Below are positions 56,112 to 64,000 of a DNA stretch of 64,000 nt, in pieces. This DNA comes from Bacilli bacterium (GTDB lineage Bacteria; Bacillota_I; Bacilli_A; RF39; UBA660): assembly GCA_045541255.1 (NCBI GenBank), contig JAZQIU010000027.1, positions 924 through 64,923 of the forward strand. The letters run 5' to 3'. The notes under the pieces were generated by a model. It did not search any database. It was not told the origin of the DNA and was given only the letters and a program-made list of their open reading frames with translations. Within the stretch, counting starts at the first letter, position 1. Each line of letters starts with the position of its first letter. The position numbers and the translations under genes were made by a program.

Positions 56112-56886
56112 CTCTTAATATGACCTCCTTAGCCAAATTTAAATATGCTTCAGCTGCTCTACTTAGTGGGTCGTATTCAATAATAGGTTCTCCATGGCTT
56201 GGTGCTTCAACTAATCTTATAAGTCTAGGGATAATAGTATTGAATACTTTTTCCTTAAAGAATTTTCTTACTTCTTCTACTACTTCTAATCCTAATACTG
56301 TTCTAGAATCTAACAGCGTTAATAATACACCTTCTATTTTTAATCCAGGATTTAATCTTGTTTGTGTCATTATTATTGTATTTAATAATTGTGTAATACC
56401 TTCTAGCGCAAAGAATTCACATTGAACTGGTATGATAACTGAATTACTACTTACTAAAGCATTAGTTGTTAATAATCCTAATGAAGGAGGACAATCAATA
56501 ATTACATAATCATATTTGTCTTCAACCTCTTTTAAAGATTCTTTTAATTGTTCATTTTTTTTGAATGTTGAATCTTGATAAGCTTTTTCTACTAATTCAA
56601 TATCTATGCCTGCTAAGTTAATTGTTGCTGGTAAAATAGAAAGGTTTGTAAACTTAGTTTTTATAATCGCTTTTTTAATATCACATTTTTCACTTAAAAC
56701 ATCATATACACTATAAGCAATTTCTCCTTTATTAATACCTAAACCAGTAGTTGCATTTCCTTGAGGGTCTAAATCTATTAAAAGAGTTTTCTTACCAAGT
56801 TTACCTAATGATGCTGATAAATTTATACTTGAAGTAGTTTTACCTACACCACCTTTTTGATTTACTAAAGATATTATTTTTGTCAT
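56101..56886 (-). CDS. parA: Chromosome partitioning ATPase ParA/Soj
   Basis: Deviant Walker A NQKGGVGKTT, full length. Confidence 0.92.
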   Translation of the reverse strand: MTKIISLVNQKGGVGKTTSSINLSASLGKLGKKTLLIDLDPQGNATTGLGINKGEIAYSVYDVLSEKCDIKKAIIKTKFTNLSILPATINLAGIDIELVEKAYQDSTFKKNEQLKESLKEVEDKYDYVIIDCPPSLGLLTTNALVSSNSVIIPVQCEFFALEGITQLLNTIIMTQTRLNPGLKIEGVLLTLLDSRTVLGLEVVEEVRKFFKEKVFNTIIPRLIRLVEAPSHGEPIIEYDPLSRAAEAYLNLAKEVILRDGE

Positions 56887-56988
56887 TTTATCACTGCCTT
56901 TTTTTACTTCTTATACATATCTAATTTTATCATATATATATTTAATTGTCTAAATGTTTTTAGCAGATTTTTAGAAAATAAAAAGAAA

Positions 56989-58923
56989 CTATTTTTCTTT
57001 AGTTTCTTTTACATCTTCTTTTTTAGTTCTTTTTGTAACTTTCTTTTTTTCTTCTTTTGCTTCTGATTTTTCTTCAGTAGTTTTTGAAGTTAGTTTTCCA
57101 GTTGTAACTAATTCATCTATTTCTTCTTTAGTTATAGTTTCTTTTTCAATTAATGTGTCACTTAATAATTTAACTAATTTTTCGTTATCTTTTAAAATTT
57201 TAGTTGCTTTTTCATAACACTCATTAATAATTTTTCTAACTTCTTGGTCTATTTCTAATGCAACTTTATCAGAGAAGTTTCTTGATTTATTATAATCTCT
57301 ACCTAAGAATACTCCTTCTTCTTTATGTTCTAATTGAACTGGACCTAAATCACTCATACCATATTCAGTAACCATACTTCTTGCAATTTTTGTTGCTCTT
57401 GAGAAGTCATCACTTGCACCAGTAGATATTTCACCAAAGAATAATTCTTCACTTACACGACCACCTAAAAGTCCTGTAATACTTGCTAATAATTCATTTT
57501 TTGTAGCTATAGAAATTTTTTCTTCTTTAGGTAACATCATTGTATATCCACCAGCCATACCTCTTGGTATGATTGTTATTTTATGAACTTCGTTTGCATC
57601 TTCTAATTTCAAACCAATAACAGCATGTCCCGCTTCATGTAATGAAACAAGTTTCTTTTCTTTATCTGTAATTTTTCTACTTGTTTTAGCAGGTCCCATT
57701 AATACTCTATCAGTAGCTTCATCTATTTCATCCATAGTAATAGCATTTTTATTTCTTCTAACTGCTAATAATGCAGATTCATTAAGAAGATTTTCTAAAT
57801 CTGCTCCACTAAATCCTGGAGTACGTTTAGATATATTTTCTAAATTAACATCTTCAGCAAAAGTTTTATCTTTAGCATGAACTTTTAATATTGCTTCTCT
57901 TTCTTTTTGATCAGGTAAACTTACTGTTACTTGTCTATCAAATCTTCCTGGTCTTAATAATGCTGGGTCTAATACGTCTGGTCTGTTTGTTGCTGCTATA
58001 ATAATGATTCCTTCATTTGCACCGAAACCATCCATTTCAGTTAGTAATTGGTTTAGAGTTTGTTCTCTTTCATCATGTCCACCACCTAAACCTGTTCCTC
58101 TTTGACGTCCAACAGCATCTATTTCATCAATAAATATTAAGCATGGTGCAGATTGTTTTGCTTGTTTAAACATATCTCTAACACGGCTTGCACCAATACC
58201 AACGAACAATTCTACGAAATCTGAACCACTTATGTAATAGAATGGAACGTTTGCTTCACCCGCAACTGCTTTTGCAAGTAATGTTTTACCTGTTCCTGGA
58301 GGACCAACTAATAATACTCCTTTTGGGATTCTTGCTCCTAATTTTTGGAATTTTTTAGGATTCTTTAAGAAATCAATAAGTTCTGCAACTTCTTCTTTTT
58401 CTTCATTTAATCCTGCAACATCAGTAAATCTAACTCTTCCACCATCTTCACTAAGTTTTGCTCTACTCTTACCAAAATCCATTGAATTTTTATTTCCACC
58501 AGATATTTTAGAGAATAAGTAGAATGTCGCTGCAATTAACAATATAAATGGAACAACATTAACTAATATTGTTACAATACTTGAATTTTCTGGATTAGTA
58601 TTTGTTTTTACTTCAAATTCATTATTATCTGCATATGATAAAATTTTATCAATAACAGATTCTGATAAAGGTACGTTAACTCTAAATTCTTCGTTTTTAG
58701 AATAATCTTCTAATTTACCGGTAATATAATATACTCCTGCGTTTGATTTTGGAGTTACTTCAATTTTTTCTACAGTATCTTTACTTAATTCAGTAATTAG
58801 TTCATCATAAGTAAGTTTATTAACTTTTGTTTGCCCTATATTATAAAATACTAAAGTACCTAATATAACAAGCAATAGTACTAAATAAGGCATTGTTTGT
58901 TTTGTTACATTATTTTTCTTCAT
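56989..58923 (-). CDS. ftsH: ATP-dependent zinc metalloprotease FtsH
   Basis: [19 protein letters not shown]. Confidence 0.97.
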   Translation of the reverse strand: MKKNNVTKQTMPYLVLLLVILGTLVFYNIGQTKVNKLTYDELITELSKDTVEKIEVTPKSNAGVYYITGKLEDYSKNEEFRVNVPLSESVIDKILSYADNNEFEVKTNTNPENSSIVTILVNVVPFILLIAATFYLFSKISGGNKNSMDFGKSRAKLSEDGGRVRFTDVAGLNEEKEEVAELIDFLKNPKKFQKLGARIPKGVLLVGPPGTGKTLLAKAVAGEANVPFYYISGSDFVELFVGIGASRVRDMFKQAKQSAPCLIFIDEIDAVGRQRGTGLGGGHDEREQTLNQLLTEMDGFGANEGIIIIAATNRPDVLDPALLRPGRFDRQVTVSLPDQKEREAILKVHAKDKTFAEDVNLENISKRTPGFSGADLENLLNESALLAVRRNKNAITMDEIDEATDRVLMGPAKTSRKITDKEKKLVSLHEAGHAVIGLKLEDANEVHKITIIPRGMAGGYTMMLPKEEKISIATKNELLASITGLLGGRVSEELFFGEISTGASDDFSRATKIARSMVTEYGMSDLGPVQLEHKEEGVFLGRDYNKSRNFSDKVALEIDQEVRKIINECYEKATKILKDNEKLVKLLSDTLIEKETITKEEIDELVTTGKLTSKTTEEKSEAKEEKKKVTKRTKKEDVKETKEK

Positions 58924-60250
58924 TTTTATTCTCCTTTTTTGTGTACTTTATAATTATATCATAAAAAGATTTATTATAACAATCAAATTTACTCTTCTTT
59001 ATACCTGGTATCCATAGTACATTATTTTTACTATCAGTTACTATTGGCCAACTATCTCTTAAGTCTTTATTTATCTTTTCATCAATAAATATTTTCTTTA
59101 TTTTTTTACTACCATTTAAGTTTTTTACTTCTATTACATCACTTTCTTCTTTAGTTCTTATGATAATTGGCAATGTAATTTCTTTACTATTCAACTTAAT
59201 TACATAGTTACTTTTTTCTATAGTATCTTCAATATATTCTATTGTTCCAAAGTTTTCTATATTTACTTTATCTTTTAAAATATAATTATATTTATTTAAC
59301 TCTATTTTATTATCTTTTTTAAATACTAAATATGAGTACTCCTTTGACACTATAATATCAAGTGGTAATTGAATTTTTTTGTTGTTTTTGTCGTTTATTA
59401 TTTTAAAAATACTTTCAATATGTTTTTTATTAATTAATGTAATATTTTCTTTATATATTTGAAATAATATTTCTTCTATTTCTTTTTTTTGTATAAAATT
59501 ATGTAGTTTATTAAACTTAATTAAATCTAATTTGTTATCTTTAAAATTATCATTTATATTTTTTTCTACTTCTTGATTTATATAATCTTGTGTACTTTCT
59601 AATTCTTCATTAAGTGTTAAAAACTTTTTATGAATATTTTTATCTTCTTGTTTTAAAAGAGGTAATATATCTAAACGTATTCTATTTCTAGTATATTTTT
59701 TTGATTTATTTGATTCATCATATACACATGGTATATTATTATTTTTAATATAATTTTCTATATCTTTTTTTGTGTAATATACTAGTGGTCTAATTATTTT
59801 AAAATCTTTATATGTTGATAATTTTGAGAAACCTTTATAACCATTTAAGTTACTTCCTCTTATTATTCTCATTAATATAGTTTCTATTAAGTCATCACCG
59901 TGATGTGCTGTTAATAGTATATCAGTATTATATTTTTTTAATATAGTTTCAAAGAAGCTATATCTTTTTTCTCTAGCTTCAAACTCAGTAAATTTATTGT
60001 TTTTATAACCTTTAATTTTCATTCCTTCGAAGATAATATTATTTTCTTTACAATAGTTTTCAACAAAGATATACTCTTCATCGCTAACAGCCCTTAAATT
60101 ATGATTTACATGTGCACATATTACATTATAATTATTAGTTTTTAATAAATGCAAAAGAGCCATAGAATCTGGTCCACCAGAGGTTGCTACGACTAAAAAT
60201 TTATTATTATCAATGTTTAATTGTTTTAAAAAATCTAGACTTTCTTTCAC
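58910..60250 (-). CDS. tilS: tRNA(Ile)-lysidine synthase
   Basis: PP-loop SGGPDSMALLHLL. Immediately upstream of ftsH, as is typical. Confidence 0.9.
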   Translation of the reverse strand: MKESLDFLKQLNIDNNKFLVVATSGGPDSMALLHLLKTNNYNVICAHVNHNLRAVSDEEYIFVENYCKENNIIFEGMKIKGYKNNKFTEFEAREKRYSFFETILKKYNTDILLTAHHGDDLIETILMRIIRGSNLNGYKGFSKLSTYKDFKIIRPLVYYTKKDIENYIKNNNIPCVYDESNKSKKYTRNRIRLDILPLLKQEDKNIHKKFLTLNEELESTQDYINQEVEKNINDNFKDNKLDLIKFNKLHNFIQKKEIEEILFQIYKENITLINKKHIESIFKIINDKNNKKIQLPLDIIVSKEYSYLVFKKDNKIELNKYNYILKDKVNIENFGTIEYIEDTIEKSNYVIKLNSKEITLPIIIRTKEESDVIEVKNLNGSKKIKKIFIDEKINKDLRDSWPIVTDSKNNVLWIPGIKKSKFDCYNKSFYDIIIKYTKKENKNEEK

Positions 60251-60318
60251 ATTTCATCACATTGAATATTTTATACTATTAATAGTTTTTATGCAAATAA
60301 AAAAGGCTTAAACACCTT

Positions 60319-60924
60319 TTATTTTTGTTTGTTATATAAGTATTTTACATATTTTTTTGAACAGCACATTTTTTTAGCAATTTTCTCTATATCAATTGGT
60401 TTATTTTTGGATTCTAAATATTTTAAATATGTAATTATTCTTTTTTCTAAATATATTGTTTTTTCCTTGCTAATATTAATATACTCATCTTTTAGGTTAT
60501 AAAATTCAAATAATTCTTTGTATATATTTTGGTTTTCTATTGATAAATTTTCTTTAGTTTTCGAAATAAAACTTTTGATTATTTCTAAAGCATTGTTAAA
60601 ATCTATTTTATAAATTTCCATTATAAAATGAATAATTGAACCAGCTGTTCCACAAGCATGACATATAAATTGCCCTTTATTGTCTAATATTACAAAGGGA
60701 TAATCGTTCCCTGGGGTATGATAATAACATTTATTTATATAAAATTTATTGTTTGGTTTACATTCTACTTTATATTTTATTCCTTGAGTTTCTAAATAAG
60801 ATAAGTACATTCCCAGCATACTTATATTGGATGCGATATAGTTTAATAAATCATAATCTAGTTCTTCTGTATAATCTAATATTTCATAAGTAAGATATTT
60901 AAATTCATTATCAAAACATATCAT
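60319..60924 (-). CDS. Stand-alone CHC2 (primase-type) zinc-finger protein with basic C-terminal tail
   Basis: CYYH-x17-CHAC followed by GTAGSIIHFIMEIYKIDFNNALEII matches the zf-CHC2 pattern. No TOPRIM domain. Starts 2 nt after the radical SAM stop. Confidence 0.65.
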   Translation of the reverse strand: MICFDNEFKYLTYEILDYTEELDYDLLNYIASNISMLGMYLSYLETQGIKYKVECKPNNKFYINKCYYHTPGNDYPFVILDNKGQFICHACGTAGSIIHFIMEIYKIDFNNALEIIKSFISKTKENLSIENQNIYKELFEFYNLKDEYINISKEKTIYLEKRIITYLKYLESKNKPIDIEKIAKKMCCSKKYVKYLYNKQK

Positions 60925-60926
60925 TT

Positions 60927-61982
60927 TTATCTACCTACCTTTTTATATATTTTACTACATAGTGGTTCAACTCTTTTACCACCAGGTGTTTTAACTTCTT
61001 CTAAATTTTCATATATATTATAATGTTTTATTCCATATTTTTTCATGGTTTCTACATCTAATTCTTTAAATGCAGGACAAGGTAATATAGTACCATCAAA
61101 CTTTATATCTAATTTTTCTAATCCTGCATTACACTTGTGAGTATTATCTCCCATTAAAGGAATACCTATTCTAATTTTACCATTATATATTTGTTTAGAT
61201 TTTTCTAGTATATCCATGAATTCTAATAATTCTTTTTCATCTAACATTAAATCACTTTTATTTTTTAATCCTCTACCTTGTGGTACAAAGTTTAATATAC
61301 TTATATTGTTTATACTAGCTATTTCTAATAGTTCTAATATATCTTTTATTTCTTTATAATTTGGTTTCATTGGAATGAAATGAACATCAGTTTCTAATCC
61401 TACTGTTGAAGCATTCATTAATGAGGTTAATAAGCATGCATGCTTTTGTCTATCTCTTCCCATTAAATATTCATCAGTTTCATGTTCATATGCTTGATAA
61501 TCAAAAACAATTTTGTCTAAACCTATTTCTTTTAATAAACTTAATTCTTGTTTTGTTATAGGATTAAATGCAGGTGGTGAAATTAAATTTTCATAAAAGT
61601 TTTTTATATTATTTTTAAGTCTATCATTCCATGGTTCATTTTGATTTATATCTTTTAACTTTTTATGCATTTCTTCTAAATAAAGTTTTTTAGTTTCAGT
61701 ACTTAAAGGTACAGATTTTTTTATACCACTTGAAAATATTACAGTTCTTATTCCAAATGTTTTTGCATATTTAACCATTTGATATAATTCAGGATGTAAA
61801 AAAGGTTCTCCACCACTTAAAGACAACTCTTCTATTCCACCTTCACTTATAAAATAATCTATTACTCTTTTATAATCATCAAATGAAATAATTTGTTTCT
61901 TATTAATACATGAATTAGATGAACAAAACTTACATTCATTTGGACATGATTCAATTATTTCAAAACACAAATCTTTTACCAT
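60927..61982 (-). CDS. Radical SAM enzyme with C-terminal twitch/SPASM-like Cys motif
   Basis: CPNECKFC (CX3CX2C), SGGEPFL, C-terminal HKCNAG...ILPCP. AGGTGG RBS. TGTTATAAT promoter-like element upstream. Confidence 0.8.
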   Translation of the reverse strand: MVKDLCFEIIESCPNECKFCSSNSCINKKQIISFDDYKRVIDYFISEGGIEELSLSGGEPFLHPELYQMVKYAKTFGIRTVIFSSGIKKSVPLSTETKKLYLEEMHKKLKDINQNEPWNDRLKNNIKNFYENLISPPAFNPITKQELSLLKEIGLDKIVFDYQAYEHETDEYLMGRDRQKHACLLTSLMNASTVGLETDVHFIPMKPNYKEIKDILELLEIASINNISILNFVPQGRGLKNKSDLMLDEKELLEFMDILEKSKQIYNGKIRIGIPLMGDNTHKCNAGLEKLDIKFDGTILPCPAFKELDVETMKKYGIKHYNIYENLEEVKTPGGKRVEPLCSKIYKKVGR

Positions 61983-62067
61983 AAAACCACCTAATTTATA
62001 AAATATATTATAACATTATTATTTAATAAAAAGAAAAAATCTTGATTAAACAAGACTTTTAACTATA

Positions 62068-62943
62068 TTAAAATAAATCTTCTATTTTACATATGATTTT
62101 ATAATCTTCATTTTCCACTAATTTAGAAGAACAATATGGATCAGACCATTCTCTAATATATGGATATAATAATCTTAAAAATAATCTTGTATTATATGAA
62201 ACCATTTTTAAACTTTTTATATCAACATTTTTTACTTCACAGTTATTTGCTAAGTAATATACTAAATAATAATTTCCATCTTTTTCTAATTTTATATCAT
62301 ATGGGAATATTCTGCAATCTATTGGTCTTATATCATAAATACTACATTTGCAATTTTTGTAAAAGTGACATGCTGAACTATTATCTTGTCTTTTCATTTG
62401 ATATAGATTTTTTAAAGTTTTATCATTATGTATTGAAGCAAAGTCTATATTTTCAGCAAATTCTTCAATTTCTTTGTTAGTTACTTTTGAAATTTCTTTT
62501 GCTTCGTTTGGAAGCAACATAGGAGAATCTACTGACGGATTAGAACAACATGTTGCTTTAGCGTTAACACATTTATGACATAAATTAAATGTTCCTAAAT
62601 TATTCTTGGTATTTCTAAATAGAGCATATGGACTTTGTATTATATCATCATTATTTTTGTCTGTTGAGATATATGTTGTAACACCATATAAGAAATTATC
62701 ATTTATAATTTTTAAACTAATTGTTCCACTTTCTATATCGCAATCGTTGATATATTCATAAGTACCATTTATAAGATTTTTGTTAATTGTTCCATTAAAT
62801 TTATATTCACATATTTCTCCTTCAAAATTCAATTTAATAGTAGCAGAAATTTTCTTGTCTTTTTGTTTAAATAAAACTTCTTCATTATATATTTTGTTAT
62901 TTTGAATAAATGATGATATCCATTTACCAGTTAAATTTATCAT
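62068..62943 (-). CDS. YkgJ/FliB-type cysteine-cluster (putative Fe-S/Zn) domain fused to a beta-rich N-terminal domain
   Basis: CHKCVNAKATCC ... ACHFYKNCKCSIYDIRPIDCRIFPY matches the CxxCxxCC/UPF0153 pattern. Confidence 0.65.
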   Translation of the reverse strand: MINLTGKWISSFIQNNKIYNEEVLFKQKDKKISATIKLNFEGEICEYKFNGTINKNLINGTYEYINDCDIESGTISLKIINDNFLYGVTTYISTDKNNDDIIQSPYALFRNTKNNLGTFNLCHKCVNAKATCCSNPSVDSPMLLPNEAKEISKVTNKEIEEFAENIDFASIHNDKTLKNLYQMKRQDNSSACHFYKNCKCSIYDIRPIDCRIFPYDIKLEKDGNYYLVYYLANNCEVKNVDIKSLKMVSYNTRLFLRLLYPYIREWSDPYCSSKLVENEDYKIICKIEDLF

Positions 62944-62985
62944 ATGCTAAAACCTCTATTCTCTTAATAAAAATTTGATTATTCT

Positions 62986-63981
62986 TTATAGAATTTTACC
63001 TATATGTTTTTTATATTCTTCTTTAACTATTTCAAATGGTAATGTATGTTGTAACATACTTATAAATAAACGCTGATTATATGACAATTCTGTTGATATA
63101 ATCTTCTCCCAAAAATTATTTTCTTCTTCTGTTGGTTCATTATTATTCATACTTAGACCATTTAATTGTTGTGGAACATTCATTAAATTAGAAGTAATAA
63201 TATTATCTAATTCTTCTAACACTAAAAAAATATTTATTTGTTTTTTTAATGATAAATCTATTATATTTTTCAATAAGTATGTATATTCTATAGACTCTTG
63301 AATTTTACGCTCGCTAAGCCACCTATCAAGTCCATATGGGATAAAACTAAAATCATATTTTTCTAATACTTTTGAGACTCTATTGTTAGAACAATTAATC
63401 CACATGCATTCTCTACCTTCGATATTTTCTATAGTAAACCCTAAATTATAAGCTAGTACTTCAGCATAACCATCTACACTTTCTCCTATATATGGTACTA
63501 CATTAGCCATTGGATTATATTTTTTTATTATTTCAAATTCTTTAACAGGACATAAAATATATCCATTTTCAATATTTTTAACACTTTTGAATTCTACATC
63601 ATTAGCATGAAAAAAACTTATATTTTTAAACTCTTTTTCAGTTGCTGGTATTACTACTGCATACTTTTTATTATTGAAACCGTAAATGTCATATTCATCA
63701 CCTCTTGTTTCACAGTTTATAGAAAAATGGATATAATTATCACTTTGTGGATATGTAAATTCAAAACTTTCTTCAAATAATTTTCCTGTTTCTTTATATG
63801 TAGCTCCTGCTTTGAATTTTGATTTTATCTCATTATTTATAGGTGCATAATTTGTTTTATGAATAAATACAAATTCATTTTCAGTTTCATATATTTTATC
63901 ATTTTTATAATTTTCTTTTATCTTTTTGAATCTTTCTATATCTTCAATTGTTAAAGGTTCTTGTAATAAACTTTTTTCCAT
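62986..63981 (-). CDS. Hypothetical 331-aa protein (first visible gene of the Fe-S cassette)
   Basis: Long ORF with no motif recognised. Only 19 nt of upstream sequence in the window. Confidence 0.45.
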   Translation of the reverse strand: MEKSLLQEPLTIEDIERFKKIKENYKNDKIYETENEFVFIHKTNYAPINNEIKSKFKAGATYKETGKLFEESFEFTYPQSDNYIHFSINCETRGDEYDIYGFNNKKYAVVIPATEKEFKNISFFHANDVEFKSVKNIENGYILCPVKEFEIIKKYNPMANVVPYIGESVDGYAEVLAYNLGFTIENIEGRECMWINCSNNRVSKVLEKYDFSFIPYGLDRWLSERKIQESIEYTYLLKNIIDLSLKKQINIFLVLEELDNIITSNLMNVPQQLNGLSMNNNEPTEEENNFWEKIISTELSYNQRLFISMLQHTLPFEIVKEEYKKHIGKIL

Positions 63982-64000
63982 ATTTATTTCCTATCTTTTC

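Noticed and set aside
55215-56990. Looked for parS (TGTTNCACGTGAAACA) in and around parB/parA.
   Set aside because: None was spotted on a visual scan. The scan was not exhaustive, so a pattern search should confirm.
10800-63000. Other short ORFs lying antisense inside long recognised genes. Starts: 11008, 12972, 13707, 15190, 16770, 17826, 22257, 22432, 23396, 24611, 28666, 30075, 30454, 30459, 44454, 46069, 46463, 47085, 48614, 51945, 55013, 55354, 56090, 62160.
   Set aside because: Each lies inside a longer ORF with clear family motifs on the other strand. Such shadow ORFs are expected in AT-rich DNA.
1-64000. Scan for rRNA, tRNA, tmRNA, CRISPR repeats, IS transposases and integrases.
   Set aside because: None was recognised by eye. 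tRNAscan, Infernal and CRISPR finders would be needed to exclude small RNAs formally.

Overview
AT-rich (about one quarter G+C by eye, not computed) chromosomal segment of a low-GC Gram-positive bacterium (Bacillota). Supporting this: T-box leaders, type-B RNase P RNA, GpsB, RodZ-like, SipW/TasA-type genes and a SigF/SigG-type sigma fragment. Nearly all genes are on the minus strand.

Layout:
- 1-7.4 kb: partial phage/ICE-like accessory module. It holds three XRE regulators, a CI/Cro-type divergent switch with repeated 16-bp operators, a replication-initiator-like gene, an ArpU/sigma-r4-like gene, a MazF toxin, a Csp and a CAP-domain protein. It ends against a truncated SigF/G-like sigma gene.
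- 7.8-18 kb: tyrS with a very compact T-box, then an envelope/adhesion island. The island holds a glucosaminidase, SipW plus a TasA-like substrate, an OmpR/HK pair, an arylsulfotransferase-like gene, and a 750-aa prepilin-leader surface protein preceded by a G10 tract.
- 18-33 kb: housekeeping genes. These are yebC-family, patatin, gmk, ttcA-like, thioredoxin/CcdA-like, cysteine desulfurase, an ABC transporter, an HD dGTPase-like gene, rny, recA, pgsA and rodZ-like.
- 33-44 kb: rnpB-gpsB, three tandem paralogs of an unknown family behind a consensus promoter plus leader terminator, two amidases (one with 6 LysM), a DUF3006-MBL pair, an unexplained ~230-bp structured element, and an LCP protein.
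- 45-50 kb: aspS-gatCAB operon behind a T-box whose specifier reads AAC (Asn).
- 50-60 kb: an orphan RHH fusion, two MscS, AbgT, DUF951, parB-parA, ftsH and tilS.
- 60.3-64 kb: an uncharacterised four-gene Fe-S cassette (orphan, YkgJ-type Cys-cluster fusion, radical SAM, stand-alone CHC2 zinc finger). It runs to the window edge and is my best candidate for an undescribed system.

No rRNA, tRNA, CRISPR array, transposase or integrase was seen. All family calls are by-eye motif recognition, not database searches.
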